A DNA stretch of 64,000 nucleotides, from contig CAKSOE010000007.1 of NCBI GenBank assembly GCA_934476675.1, forward strand, positions 1 to 64,000. Reading direction: 5' to 3'. Position numbers and translations under genes: made by a program. How positions within the stretch are numbered: position 1 is the first letter of the stretch; each line of letters starts with the position of its first letter. This DNA comes from an uncultured Clostridia bacterium. Its GTDB lineage: Bacteria > Bacillota > Clostridia > UBA1381. Below the pieces are notes generated by a model. It had not been told where the DNA came from, ran no database searches, and saw only the letters and a program-made list of their open reading frames with translations. Below, piece by piece: positions 10,301 to 18,031 of this stretch.

Positions 10301-11329
10301 ATCGTCCCAGTCACTGCTTTCCACGCATATACCGTGGTAGCAGCCGTTTTCTTCGCTGGTGTTGCGGCAGCATTCCTCGCATTTCTCACATTCATAGCAG
10401 AAAATTTCACACGAGCTGCAGTAATCTCCGCAATCCGAACACAGTATGTTGCCTTCGTAGTTGCACTGATTACAGTTTTCACAAATCCACTCCCAGCAAA
10501 GATTACAGTGATCCCCGTCCTCGCAGCGTCTGTCGTATTCTTCGGGGCAGGCGTCGCAGTTGGGGCAAATATCGCTCGGCTCCCAGTCGCTGCAAAAACC
10601 GCAGCTGGCGCAGTTTGCACAGAGTCTATCGTCTTTTTCGACGCAATTGTCGCACAGTTCGCAGGTACTGTGGTATTCATATGTACAGCTGTTACATTCC
10701 GTACAGTGTTCTGACGACCAGCAGTCCTTACACCTGCCGCATTCCAGGCAGATGACGCCGTCCGGAATACAGTTGATGCACCTTTCGCAGTCGAGGCAGA
10801 ATTCGTCGTCGGATTTACATTGGTTGCAGGAGGACAGACATCCCTGGCAAACGATTTCCAGACAGCACGCGAGAGTTGCACGGCAGGTCTTGCACATATC
10901 CTCCTCCTCAAGATCTCCCTCGCCGTAAAGGCAAGTCAGACAGGCGTCGCAGTATGGGCAAATAGCGCCGTTCGTCTGCCGGCAGTCTTCGCATATATGA
11001 CAGTCGCTGCAGATATCCCTGCCGCACTCTCCGCAATATTTGCAGTGTTCGTTTTCGCCGCAGGATATACAATTCCAGCACTCAGTGCAGTATTCGTTTT
11101 CGCTCATTTCTGAAAAACATTCTCCGCAGCTGTGGCAATGAGTGATTTCAAAACAGTCGCTTCTGCAGTCCTCCGTACAGCGGCCGCAGCTGCCGCAGCA
11201 ATAGCTGTCCCAATGGTAGTGACCGCAGCTGCCGCAGTTCTGACCGTCGGCATAGTCCGCAATCGCCGTAAGCGGCAAAAGCGTCATCAACATAATAAAT
11301 ACCATACACAGTGACAAAAATTTCTTCAT
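7391..11329 (-). CDS. giant secreted cysteine-rich tandem-repeat protein (1312 aa), function unknown
   Basis: Largest ORF in window; ATG at 11329 (track start 11335 is in-frame TTG) 2 nt after stop of upstream gene; MKKFLSLCMVFIMLMTLLPLTAIA signal peptide; residues ~30-560 are near-continuous CxxC/CxC arrays (on the order of 190 Cys) including four tandem ~48-aa modules C.HG.C.ES..W....HRC..C..CFEE.E.C.DCG.C..CC; C-terminal ~750 aa less Cys-dense with recurring HxW..C..C, HxH and AHDW motifs; no known enzymatic motif. Confidence 0.7.
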   Translation of the reverse strand: MKKFLSLCMVFIMLMTLLPLTAIADYADGQNCGSCGHYHWDSYCCGSCGRCTEDCRSDCFEITHCHSCGECFSEMSENEYCTECWNCISCGENEHCKYCGECGRDICSDCHICEDCRQTNGAICPYCDACLTCLYGEGDLEEEDMCKTCRATLACCLEIVCQGCLSSCNQCKSDDEFCLDCERCINCIPDGVICLECGRCKDCWSSEHCTECNSCTYEYHSTCELCDNCVEKDDRLCANCASCGFCSDWEPSDICPNCDACPEEYDRRCEDGDHCNLCWEWICENCNQCNYEGNILCSDCGDYCSSCEIFCYECEKCEECCRNTSEENGCYHGICVESSDWDDYSHRCQSCENCFEEDEMCDDCGLCTGCCLIESHGNGCEHGICTESADWDAEGHRCSGCGDCFEENEFCPDCGYCLDCCLNNADFAGCNHGVCVESDEWRNHFCDLHDGCVEVLCDVCGGCAGCCDKMRAQENCTHTHVCPGSSGWSKHFCQTCNNCFAPGEMCHYCGKCLACCKAATPCSCGEDMCPSDPKWIDHYCTSHETCFSKCDHGAHTHTAGNTYIEEDANRHYQTCTYCGMAMNRNRHRFGEWVRENFSEVFGKPIAIVHSNCLDCGYFLRKTNSVSSACVNGTCEGSEVLIYDATHHWRQCSLCGDVKAGTKTTHDFSKNPYACGALNCYYKKIAAPGIDTVGGKDLEWDYLTYVNGKEKYYAADEFTAVFGEKLVIPYTLLCGENVKMSIIDPETGMKINPQQSTPYWNMYAQQLVTYTKDSVILDLQEPECQRLFKHLYGQCGRYEFILRAHNELGNYEAYYNSNVWFFINLPHETAEWQMNETQHWKICSNSNCPDGGKRVNIGAHDWRHGDACVSCGRIRPVRITWQTTDPKPTYRHGRDDENFVKLSVKARGNNLTYQWYRAYYDSNGNVKLSNIRDITEDPVNGHAGTKTDTLTVGLYDAMCGEVLQYEDEFMFACVVTGDGGTVQSKPICITPQHDTSSYEYRNSVAYTGSRTDRHMVLCKNCHEEFYLQSHTPGYWKTTKEPTADAEGEQTYYCADCGLTRQKQSIPKLTAPHTHNFTVVAHDGIAHWNTCSDEACGRSDNSYIRHTYGDWVTVIAPTTSAPGLKKRICSQAGCWNEQTAPIAPLTHVCSFVNSSYVHDETSHWLECESPDCSEKLRVIPHRYNQMVFPKKPTLTEDGIGRHVCDVCLYEETVTIPKLTEEPVLQLSDKKGEYHIHASNGGLSAWVWAASYKNGRMIDVKREVIRKIDTPVLDISVSDLGLNISGADEIRAFMLHYNKTIKPLLPASRLKIAGT
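9775..10345 (-). repeat. tandem coding repeats (~140-nt DNA period, ~48-aa Cys/His module x4) inside giant Cys-rich gene
   Basis: Protein-level repeats NGCYHGICVESSDWDDYSHRCQSCENCFEEDEMCDDCGLCTGCC / NGCEHGICTESADWDAEGHRCSGCGDCFEENEFCPDCGYCLDCC / CNHGVCVESDEWRNHFCDLHDG..CDVCGGCAGCC / CTHTHVCPGSSGWSKHFCQTCNNCFAPGEMCHYCGKCLACC; DNA copies ~80% identical (e.g. ...ttcaaagcagt..gcag..gacagcggtga...cccagtc.gc.ttcc..gcatat.ccgtg...cagccgtt...). Confidence 0.6.
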
Positions 11330-11331
11330 AA

Positions 11332-11619
11332 TCAAATCGCCTCTCTTTCATTATTTTGTTTCGCTCCGCACATGGGGCAATACTCCGCATCATTAGGGAG
11401 AACATTTTCGCATTTGGTGCAGCAACGATGCTTTGCTTTGTAAATATCAAAAACTGTTTCCTCCGGCAGTTTTGTCTGACAAACTTTGCAAAACTTGTTT
11501 TTTGCAGCCTGCGCATTTCCGCAGCACGGGCAGATTTTAAACCTTTTCATATTTTTGGTGCCAAAACCGAAATGCTCCAAAACATCTTTTCTTAACGGTC
11601 TATATCTCGTCACTCTCAT
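11332..11619 (-). CDS. small zinc-ribbon protein (~95 aa)
   Basis: Strong RBS GGAGGAG 5 nt upstream of ATG at ~11619 (MRVTRYRPL...); start overlaps last ~20 nt of upstream paralog; two CxxC pairs (CPCCGN..CKVCQ; CTKCEN..CPMCGAKQ); stop 2 nt before giant gene ATG. Confidence 0.5.
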   Translation of the reverse strand: MRVTRYRPLRKDVLEHFGFGTKNMKRFKICPCCGNAQAAKNKFCKVCQTKLPEETVFDIYKAKHRCCTKCENVLPNDAEYCPMCGAKQNNEREAI

Positions 11620-11983
11620 CAGCTCCTCCATATAATAGTTTTTTGCCGCATACAAAGCAAATTATATCTCCGTTTTTTGCTTTTGCGCCGCAGTGCTTGC
11701 AATACTTTGCTCCTTCCTCAAGAGGAGCACAATTCACGCACATAAGCATATCCGGATTATATACAATCGAATCGACCCATCTGCCGCACAAGTGGCATAA
11801 ATTAAAATTTTTCTTGCCCTCCGCTTCCCATGCCGCCGAAAGCTCTGCCTCGAAATCGTCTGCATAATACGTTCCTGTGGTACAGACAAGCATTCCCGAC
11901 AATTCGCAGAAAAAGCTGTAACGGTTTCCGCCCTGTGACGGAATAATTTTGTATGCAGCCGTTTTATGCTTCTCATTTATCAT
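11600..11983 (-). CDS. small zinc-ribbon protein (~127 aa), paralog of downstream gene
   Basis: Track start 12073 is TTG; ATG at 11983 with GAGGAGG RBS 8 nt upstream (MINEKHKTAAYK...); C-terminal CHLCGR...CVNCAP...CKHCGAKAKNGDIICFVCGK double zinc ribbon sharing the YC..CGAK motif with the next gene. Confidence 0.5.
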   Translation of the reverse strand: MINEKHKTAAYKIIPSQGGNRYSFFCELSGMLVCTTGTYYADDFEAELSAAWEAEGKKNFNLCHLCGRWVDSIVYNPDMLMCVNCAPLEEGAKYCKHCGAKAKNGDIICFVCGKKLLYGGADESDEI

Positions 11984-12058
11984 ACGCCTCGCCTCCTCTC
12001 TGAAAAACTTATAAACCCGTTTCTTTTGCACAAACCTACGCAAATTATCCGCAAGCCG

Positions 12059-12087
12059 TTGACTAATTGCCAAAAATGTGATATACT
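12059..12087 (+). promoter_or_regulatory. sigma-70-like promoter (TTGACT-17-TATACT)
   Basis: ttgact aattgccaaaaatgtga tatact read directly; lies ~350 nt upstream of solute-binding protein gene. Confidence 0.4.
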
Positions 12088-12273
12088 CGTGTTGGATATG
12101 TCTGCTAAAAAGGAACCCGTCTTTTTATTTAAGAAACTGCGATTACTTTATAATAGGTTGAAACACATACGTAAAAGAACGCCCCTTTATCTTTTTTTGC
12201 AGATAATTCTTTCCGGTGCTGCAAATTGTTGTTTTTACATATTTTCATTATACATAGAAATATCTTTTTGTCC

Positions 12274-12354
12274 CCATACTTTTTGCCAAAAGTATAGGAT
12301 GAATTTCAAAAGAATTTAAGTTTTTTTGAAAAAGTAGGGGAAAAAGTATAGGAT
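12274..12354. promoter_or_regulatory. repeated AAAAGTATAGG(AT) motif array (one palindromic pair + one direct copy) in 5' leader
   Basis: CCATACTTTT tgcc AAAAGTATAGGAT (inverted pair, 12274-12300) and second AAAAGTATAGGAT at 12342-12354; candidate operator sites. Confidence 0.35.
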
Positions 12355-12437
12355 TGATTACATCTGTTGGCAACTTACCGGCATAAAACAGGAGAAACGG
12401 AAAAAATCATCAAATCATATCACGGAGGAATCTAAAT

Positions 12438-13760
12438 ATGAAATCAGCAAGAAAATTGTTTTTGCTTTTACTCATTTTCAGCATATCAATATGCTGCCTT
12501 TCCGGCTGCAAAAAATCGGAACTTGATAAAAACAAACCCGTTACGCTTACAATGTGGCACGTTTACGGAGAACAAGCGGATTCGCCGATGAATCGGCTTA
12601 TTGACGAATTTAACGAGACAGTTGGCATGGAAAAAGGCATTATTATCAATGTCACGGCAATGTCGAATGCCTCCAAAATAGGCGAAAAACTGCTTGACGC
12701 ACATAATAAGATTCCCGGTTCCGCCGAAATGCCCGACCTTTTCTTTGCACACAAAAGCAATGCGCTGGAGCTTGGAACGGATTGTTTACTTGACTGGAAC
12801 GAATATTTTTCCGAAAAAGAGCTTTCGGCATACGTTCCGGGGTTTTTGGAGGACGGCACGGCAGACGGAAAGCTGTCCGTGTTCCCGGTGTCCAAATCCA
12901 CCCATCTTTTGTTTATCGCCGGCGGTCAGTTTGAACGCTTTTCAGCCGATACGGGCGTTACATATGAAGCACTGTCCACATGGGATGGGTTTTTCGATGC
13001 TGCCGCGAAATATTATGACTGGTCGGGCGGAAAACCGTTCTGCGCTCTTGATTATCCGCTGCGCGCCATTGAGCTTGCGGCTACGGAAAGCGGCGCAGGA
13101 AATATTTTTGCCGACAACGGATTCTATGACCCGTCAAACGTGATTTTTAAGCAAACCTTCATGAAATTTGCGGATTCGTTTGCAAAAGGGCATATTATGC
13201 TTTCAAATCTCTATTCAAACACACAGGTTATGACAGGCGAGGTTGTAGCAGGCATAGGCTCGTCCGCCGCAATTCTTTACTATAACGATACCGTAACATA
13301 TGAGGACGGAACGAGTGAGCCGATGGATCTGGAGATACTGCCGCTGCCCGTAGAAAACAAAAAAAAGCCGTATATTACGCAAGCCGGAGTCGGTCTTTGC
13401 GCATATAAGTCGTCAAGTCAAAAAGCAGAGGCGGCAGTGATTTTTGCCAAATGGCTTACCGAACCGGAGAGAAATCTTGAGTTCGTATGCCAAACCGGTT
13501 ATATGCCGGTTACAAACGGTTCGTTTGATAAAATAGATAACTATAGCTTTAAAAATTCCGATTACAAAAACCTCTATTCGATACTGAAAAAAGTGAAGGA
13601 CAGCTCGGAGGTTTTATCGGAACAGCAAAGTCCCGAATATTACAGCAGAGTTTACGCATTTTATGATTATTTGAGAAACGAACAGAAACGTTTTATGTTA
13701 AGCAACGCACCAACCGAAACGCTTTCTGACGGACTTTGGCAAAAGCTCTTTGAAAAGTAG
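12438..13760 (+). CDS. extracellular solute-binding lipoprotein (ABC-type SBP family 1, sugar-type)
   Basis: ATG with ACGGAGG RBS; MKSARKLFLLLLIFSISICCLSGC lipoprotein signal; family-1 SBP features (TLTMWHVYGEQ..., ...AFYDY...); no permease/ATPase genes adjacent. Confidence 0.8.
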   Translation: MKSARKLFLLLLIFSISICCLSGCKKSELDKNKPVTLTMWHVYGEQADSPMNRLIDEFNETVGMEKGIIINVTAMSNASKIGEKLLDAHNKIPGSAEMPDLFFAHKSNALELGTDCLLDWNEYFSEKELSAYVPGFLEDGTADGKLSVFPVSKSTHLLFIAGGQFERFSADTGVTYEALSTWDGFFDAAAKYYDWSGGKPFCALDYPLRAIELAATESGAGNIFADNGFYDPSNVIFKQTFMKFADSFAKGHIMLSNLYSNTQVMTGEVVAGIGSSAAILYYNDTVTYEDGTSEPMDLEILPLPVENKKKPYITQAGVGLCAYKSSSQKAEAAVIFAKWLTEPERNLEFVCQTGYMPVTNGSFDKIDNYSFKNSDYKNLYSILKKVKDSSEVLSEQQSPEYYSRVYAFYDYLRNEQKRFMLSNAPTETLSDGLWQKLFEK

Positions 13761-13773
13761 ACAGGGGATTGTT

Positions 13774-15387
13774 ATGCAAATATCGTTAATTAAGAAAAAA
13801 CAATCTATGCAAAAAAAACTGTTTGGATATATGTTTATCCTGGCAATTATTTTATTGCTTATGTTTGCATCTTTTCTTTTTCTGTTCGGACGCTTTTCGA
13901 CAACTGAAGATAAAATGTCGGATATATTAAGCCTTCAGATTGAGTTTTTCAACCGGGAAATGACATCTTACTACAACGATATTACCTTGCGCGGCGCACA
14001 GCTTTCCGAAAAAGCCGCACAGCTTACGGAGAAGTATCTTAATGCGGAAAGGATAGATTTTCGCAGCGTTCAAAATTCTTCTTTGCATATTAACTCTCTG
14101 GAGGAAGGTTATATTGATTTGTTGAAAGAGGAGCTTTTAAAGGCAAACTGCTCCGGTGCGTTTATTCTGCTTAATGCGTCTCAAACAGGCACAAACGGTT
14201 CAAAAGCAGGTGTGTATCTTAATCAGGATTTGTTCGGAACAACGGACAAAGATACAATGCTCCTTTACAGAGGAAATGTTAAGGCTGCAATAAACAAAGG
14301 TATTATGCCTCACAGAAAATGGCATTTGGAATTTAACTCTGCGGGATTTCCGAATTTTGAGGAAATTCTTTCGAATACCGCTGAGCCGCTTGAAAAAGCC
14401 TCTCACATCTGCAATATTATAACCCTTCCGGGGACGTCAGAGCGTGTTATGCTCGTTGCGCTTCCGATCAGAGGTACTGAAGGCAGCGTTTACGGAATAT
14501 GTGGATTTGAAGTAAACGAAAGTGTTTTTAAGTATTTACACGCACAGCCGTCCACGCTTCAGCACATAACCTGTATCTTCTCGCGCTCGGACGATACAGA
14601 AATCAACATCAGAGAGAGTCTGAGCTGCGGAGCGAAAAGCGGATATTTCCTTTCCCCGAGGGATTCACTTAAAATTAAGCCTTTGAAAAAGGGTCTTGTC
14701 GCCCTGAAAAACGAATACGGGGCATATATTGGCATGACAAGAAACACTGTTCTCTATTCCGAGAATACGCCCTATTCGGTTACGGTTATGATGCCGTATG
14801 CAGATTATTCCAGGCTGGAAACGAAAAATACCGTGCAGCTGATACTCATAATTCTTATTTCGGGATTTGCAGTTTTAAGCCTGAGCTTGTATTTTTCAAA
14901 AAGATTTATCTTTCCGATAAAAGAATCGCTTGACAAAATTAAACAATCCGGAAAATTGCAGGCCGAAGAAAGCCAAAGCGGTCTTTTTGAAATAGACGAT
15001 TTGTTTGCTTTTCTTTCTCAAAAAGACATCGAACACCAAAAATCGATAGACGATCTTTCCGAAAAAAACGAGCAGTCACAAAGTGAGATTGAGTGTATTA
15101 GAAACGAAAATAAGCGCCTGATAAAAGAGCATAAAAATATCATTGTACAGGACGATTACGATCATTTCTGCTCAGGTATACGCAGCCTTACTCCCAAGGA
15201 GCGGGAAATATTTGATCTGTATCTGGCCGGGAAAACCGTTCCTGAAATTATACAGATTATAGAAGTCAAGGAAAGCACGCTAAAATACCACAACGGCAAT
15301 ATTTACAGTAAACTTGGCGTTTCCTCAAAAAAGCAGCTTCTTAATTTTGCGGCAATTTATATGAAAAAGACACACGACAGCACGTAA
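13774..15387 (+). CDS. membrane-anchored LuxR-family transcriptional regulator with large extracytoplasmic sensor domain
   Basis: Track start 13750 is TTG; ATG at 13774 with AGGGGA RBS; TM1 (FGYMFILAIILLLMFASFLFLF), ~300-aa extracytoplasmic region, TM2 (LILIILISGFAVLSLSLYF), coiled-coil, C-terminal LuxR HTH (LTPKEREIFDLYLAGKTVPEIIQIIEVKESTLKYHNGNIYSKLGV). Confidence 0.7.
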   Translation: MQISLIKKKQSMQKKLFGYMFILAIILLLMFASFLFLFGRFSTTEDKMSDILSLQIEFFNREMTSYYNDITLRGAQLSEKAAQLTEKYLNAERIDFRSVQNSSLHINSLEEGYIDLLKEELLKANCSGAFILLNASQTGTNGSKAGVYLNQDLFGTTDKDTMLLYRGNVKAAINKGIMPHRKWHLEFNSAGFPNFEEILSNTAEPLEKASHICNIITLPGTSERVMLVALPIRGTEGSVYGICGFEVNESVFKYLHAQPSTLQHITCIFSRSDDTEINIRESLSCGAKSGYFLSPRDSLKIKPLKKGLVALKNEYGAYIGMTRNTVLYSENTPYSVTVMMPYADYSRLETKNTVQLILIILISGFAVLSLSLYFSKRFIFPIKESLDKIKQSGKLQAEESQSGLFEIDDLFAFLSQKDIEHQKSIDDLSEKNEQSQSEIECIRNENKRLIKEHKNIIVQDDYDHFCSGIRSLTPKEREIFDLYLAGKTVPEIIQIIEVKESTLKYHNGNIYSKLGVSSKKQLLNFAAIYMKKTHDST

Positions 15388-15617
15388 TAGGTATGAAACT
15401 TTCTACATTTGATGGATTGCGCAAACTATACAACGTTTCGCCCAATTATCTCATAAGGTAGATTATACAAAATATGAGCTGTTTCGCTATATTGAAGAAT
15501 TTTTAAATAAATTATACGAGAAAACATTTATAAAGTGTCAAAAAAGCAATAATTCTTAAATAGCATTATATCGCATTATTTAATATTATCGCTATTATAA
15601 GGAAAATTATAAAGAAA

Positions 15618-15659
15618 CAACAAAAAGCAAGGGACTTTCAATTACTTGAAAATCCCTTG
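15618..15659 (-). terminator. rho-independent terminator downstream of tRNA-fMet
   Basis: hairpin caaggga-ctttcaattacttgaaaa-tcccttg followed on minus strand by CTTTTTGTTG. Confidence 0.5.
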
Positions 15660-15666
15660 TTTGCTT

Positions 15667-15743
<77 letters not shown>

Positions 15744-15840
15744 ATATATTGAATTTACACTCTATCTCTAAGCGCTTATCTATTATAACACTATTTAGCA
15801 TATATGTCAAGTGTTTTTTGATATTTTTATTAAATTTTTT

Positions 15841-15886
15841 ATCTGTCGGGAAATTGTCACTTTAAAAGCATAATTTCCCGACAGAT
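15841..15886. terminator. perfect 15-bp inverted repeat hairpin (terminator of GH88 gene / insulator between tRNA and GH88)
   Basis: atctgtcgggaaatt gtcactttaaaagcat aatttcccgacagat; 20 nt downstream of GH88 stop. Confidence 0.5.
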
Positions 15887-15907
15887 AAATCTTGTTTTAA
15901 ACGGCTA

Positions 15908-17014
15908 TTAATTATACCACAGAATATCAGTGTTGCCCATAAGGCGGCTGACTGCTTCCATATAGAAAAAGTCGCCGTAAATTAAACCGACATTGACGTT
16001 CTGATTAGCAGGACAATGTCCCGTTCCTCCGTTTAGCATACACTCTTTTGCATTATCTAAATTAGAATAATTATCGGTCAGAGATTTTATGGTTTTATAC
16101 GCAGAATCGGTATAGAACGCTTTTTCACAGTCCGGAACGTGCTGTGCTATTTCAAGCAGACCGCACGCTGCACAAGCGGCAGCTGAGGTATCTCGCGGTG
16201 TTTCGGGAGTTTTTTGAACTCTGAAATCCCAGTGTGCAACATGATCCTCCGGCAGATTTGCAATGAAAAATCCGGCGGCTCTTTTGGCAGCGTTAAGGTA
16301 TTCTTCGTTGCCTGTAAAGCGATAGACAAGTGCAAGACCGTAAATTGCCCAGGATGCGCCGCGCGACCATGCTGAGACAGGACTTGCCGCCTGTCCGCTT
16401 ATTGATTCGATAAAATCGCCTGTTTCCGGGTCAAATGACAAAACGTGATTTACCGAGCCGTCGGGACGGACAAAATATTTTACAACCGTATCGGCATGAG
16501 CGCAGGCTATATGCTTGAAAATCGGATTACCGGACAATTTACTCGCCCAGAAAAGCAAAGCAAGGTTCATTGTACAATCAACAATCGCCCAGCCGTTTTG
16601 ACCGTTCCACGCCTGAATAAAATTACCCTTTATATTGAAACGCGAAGCTAAAAACGCTGCCGCTTTCATGCAGCGGCGACAGGATTCTTTATTTCCTGTG
16701 ATACGATAGTCCGCACCGGCGGAAAGCAGCCACAAAAATCCTGCGTCATGATCCACCCTATAATATTCATCAAGCACGTGTGACATTTTTTCTTCTGTTT
16801 CGGTGGCAATTTCGGCGAATTTTTCGTCTTTTGTCTGCTGATATGCCATCCACAGAATACCCGGCCAAAATCCGTTTGTCCACCACGGCGCTTCTTCGTT
16901 GTTATATTCATTTTCTTTGCACACATGAGGAAAGCGCGCTCCGATTTCGGAAGCTGTGGTATCAAGCTTTTTTAATATTCTCTGCATTGTTTCTTCTGCC
17001 CATAGTTTATACAT
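15908..17014 (-). CDS. glycoside hydrolase family 88 unsaturated glucuronyl hydrolase
   Basis: 368 aa; strong similarity by eye to Bacillus GL1 UGL (WWTNGFWPGILWMAYQ, IQAWNG..GWAIVDCTMNLALLFWAS, SFDPETG, WSRGASWAIYGLALVYRFTGN, HWDF, CGLLEIA, YGDFFYMEA). Confidence 0.8.
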   Translation of the reverse strand: MYKLWAEETMQRILKKLDTTASEIGARFPHVCKENEYNNEEAPWWTNGFWPGILWMAYQQTKDEKFAEIATETEEKMSHVLDEYYRVDHDAGFLWLLSAGADYRITGNKESCRRCMKAAAFLASRFNIKGNFIQAWNGQNGWAIVDCTMNLALLFWASKLSGNPIFKHIACAHADTVVKYFVRPDGSVNHVLSFDPETGDFIESISGQAASPVSAWSRGASWAIYGLALVYRFTGNEEYLNAAKRAAGFFIANLPEDHVAHWDFRVQKTPETPRDTSAAACAACGLLEIAQHVPDCEKAFYTDSAYKTIKSLTDNYSNLDNAKECMLNGGTGHCPANQNVNVGLIYGDFFYMEAVSRLMGNTDILWYN

Positions 17015-17127
17015 TATTATTATCTCCTTACATTATAAATTTGCCGTAAAATCATATTTTTACGAATAAATTATAATATAGCTTTACTTTTGAGTCAATG
17101 TAGTATATAATTAATTTATAATATCTT

Positions 17128-17979
17128 ATGATAAAATACGAGGTGGATTATTTGCTTGTAACGGGAGAACAGATTCAGGATTTATATATAAAGCTGATGT
17201 TTGTCTGCAAAAGGGAGACTACTCCCGAATGGGGATTTGACGAAAAACAAATCGGCTATCATAATATAATATACATATATGAGGGAAAAGGATATTTTAG
17301 CTGTAACAGCAGCGGTAGATGCGTAAAAAAGGGAGACCTTGTATTTATGCCGCGCGGATGTGACAGACGGCTAAAAACCGACCCGCAAAATCTTTTGAAA
17401 TTATACACGGCTAATTTTCGCGCGGTACTGCCGCAGGAAAAAGACGGTGAATGGTCGGCAGAGCAGGCTGAATTTTTATTTGAATTTGTAAAAACGATAG
17501 AAGATGAGGCGGTGCGTGCAAGATTTGAGGCGCTGTTTGAGCGGCTGTGCATTTTATATACAGCCGGAAAGGACGTGCAGAAGATAAAACAACGTGCCGC
17601 TCTTGCCGAAATTTTGGAATTGTCGGAGCTCTGCCGTAAAAATCAAAGCGTAAGTTACAGTAACCGCAAGATTGTCAATGAATCGGCAAAGTTTATGGCA
17701 ATGAATTATGCCCGAAAGCTGACGCTTGGTGATTTGGCAGGAGAAGTGGGGTTGAGTACGTCGTATTATTCGGCGATTTTTCGTGCTTCAACCGGAAAAT
17801 CACCGATTGAATATCTGATACAACTGCGCATATTTAAAGCAAAGCAGCTGCTGAAAGACGGATTTTCGGTGACGCACACAGCGGAAGCGGTAGGGTTTTC
17901 GGATATTTATTATTTCAGCAATATGTTTAAAAAGACGGAGGGAATTTCACCGACCGAATATGTAAAAAAAGGAATATAA
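17128..17979 (+). CDS. AraC-family transcriptional regulator (cupin sensor + HTH)
   Basis: Divergent from GH88 gene; C-terminal AraC HTH signature (ARKLTLGDLAGEVGLSTSYYSAIFRASTGKSPIEYLIQLRIFKAKQLL...FSDIYYFSNMFKK); exact start uncertain (no clear RBS at 17128; alternative TTG after GAGGTGG). Confidence 0.75.
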   Translation: MIKYEVDYLLVTGEQIQDLYIKLMFVCKRETTPEWGFDEKQIGYHNIIYIYEGKGYFSCNSSGRCVKKGDLVFMPRGCDRRLKTDPQNLLKLYTANFRAVLPQEKDGEWSAEQAEFLFEFVKTIEDEAVRARFEALFERLCILYTAGKDVQKIKQRAALAEILELSELCRKNQSVSYSNRKIVNESAKFMAMNYARKLTLGDLAGEVGLSTSYYSAIFRASTGKSPIEYLIQLRIFKAKQLLKDGFSVTHTAEAVGFSDIYYFSNMFKKTEGISPTEYVKKGI

Positions 17980-18031
17980 AAACAATAAAAACGCACACGG
18001 CGTATGACTTTGCCGTGTGCGTTATATTTAA

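Noticed and set aside
9775-10345. Possible CRISPR-like or non-coding tandem array
   Set aside because: Repeats are in-frame coding modules of the giant protein with no spacer/repeat alternation, and no cas genes are present. No CRISPR array exists anywhere in the window.
9335-10911. 459-aa plus-strand ORF (9335-10714), out-of-frame minus ORFs (9637-10059, 10063-10911) and other long ORFs overlapping the giant gene
   Set aside because: They are produced by the TGC/GCA codon periodicity of the Cys-rich gene (Ala/Thr/Val-rich low-complexity translations). They have no RBS or signal features, and the sense ORF has a signal peptide and operon context.
11966-12319. 117-aa plus ORF in the SBP leader and minus ORFs 12486-12901 inside the SBP gene
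   Set aside because: No RBS, low-complexity translations, and overlap with a well-supported SBP gene or with the leader containing promoter/operator motifs.
17259-17552. 97-aa minus ORF inside araC gene and similar short antisense ORFs within glnN, gatA, cls
   Set aside because: They overlap well-supported genes on the opposite strand and lack RBS; treated as noise.
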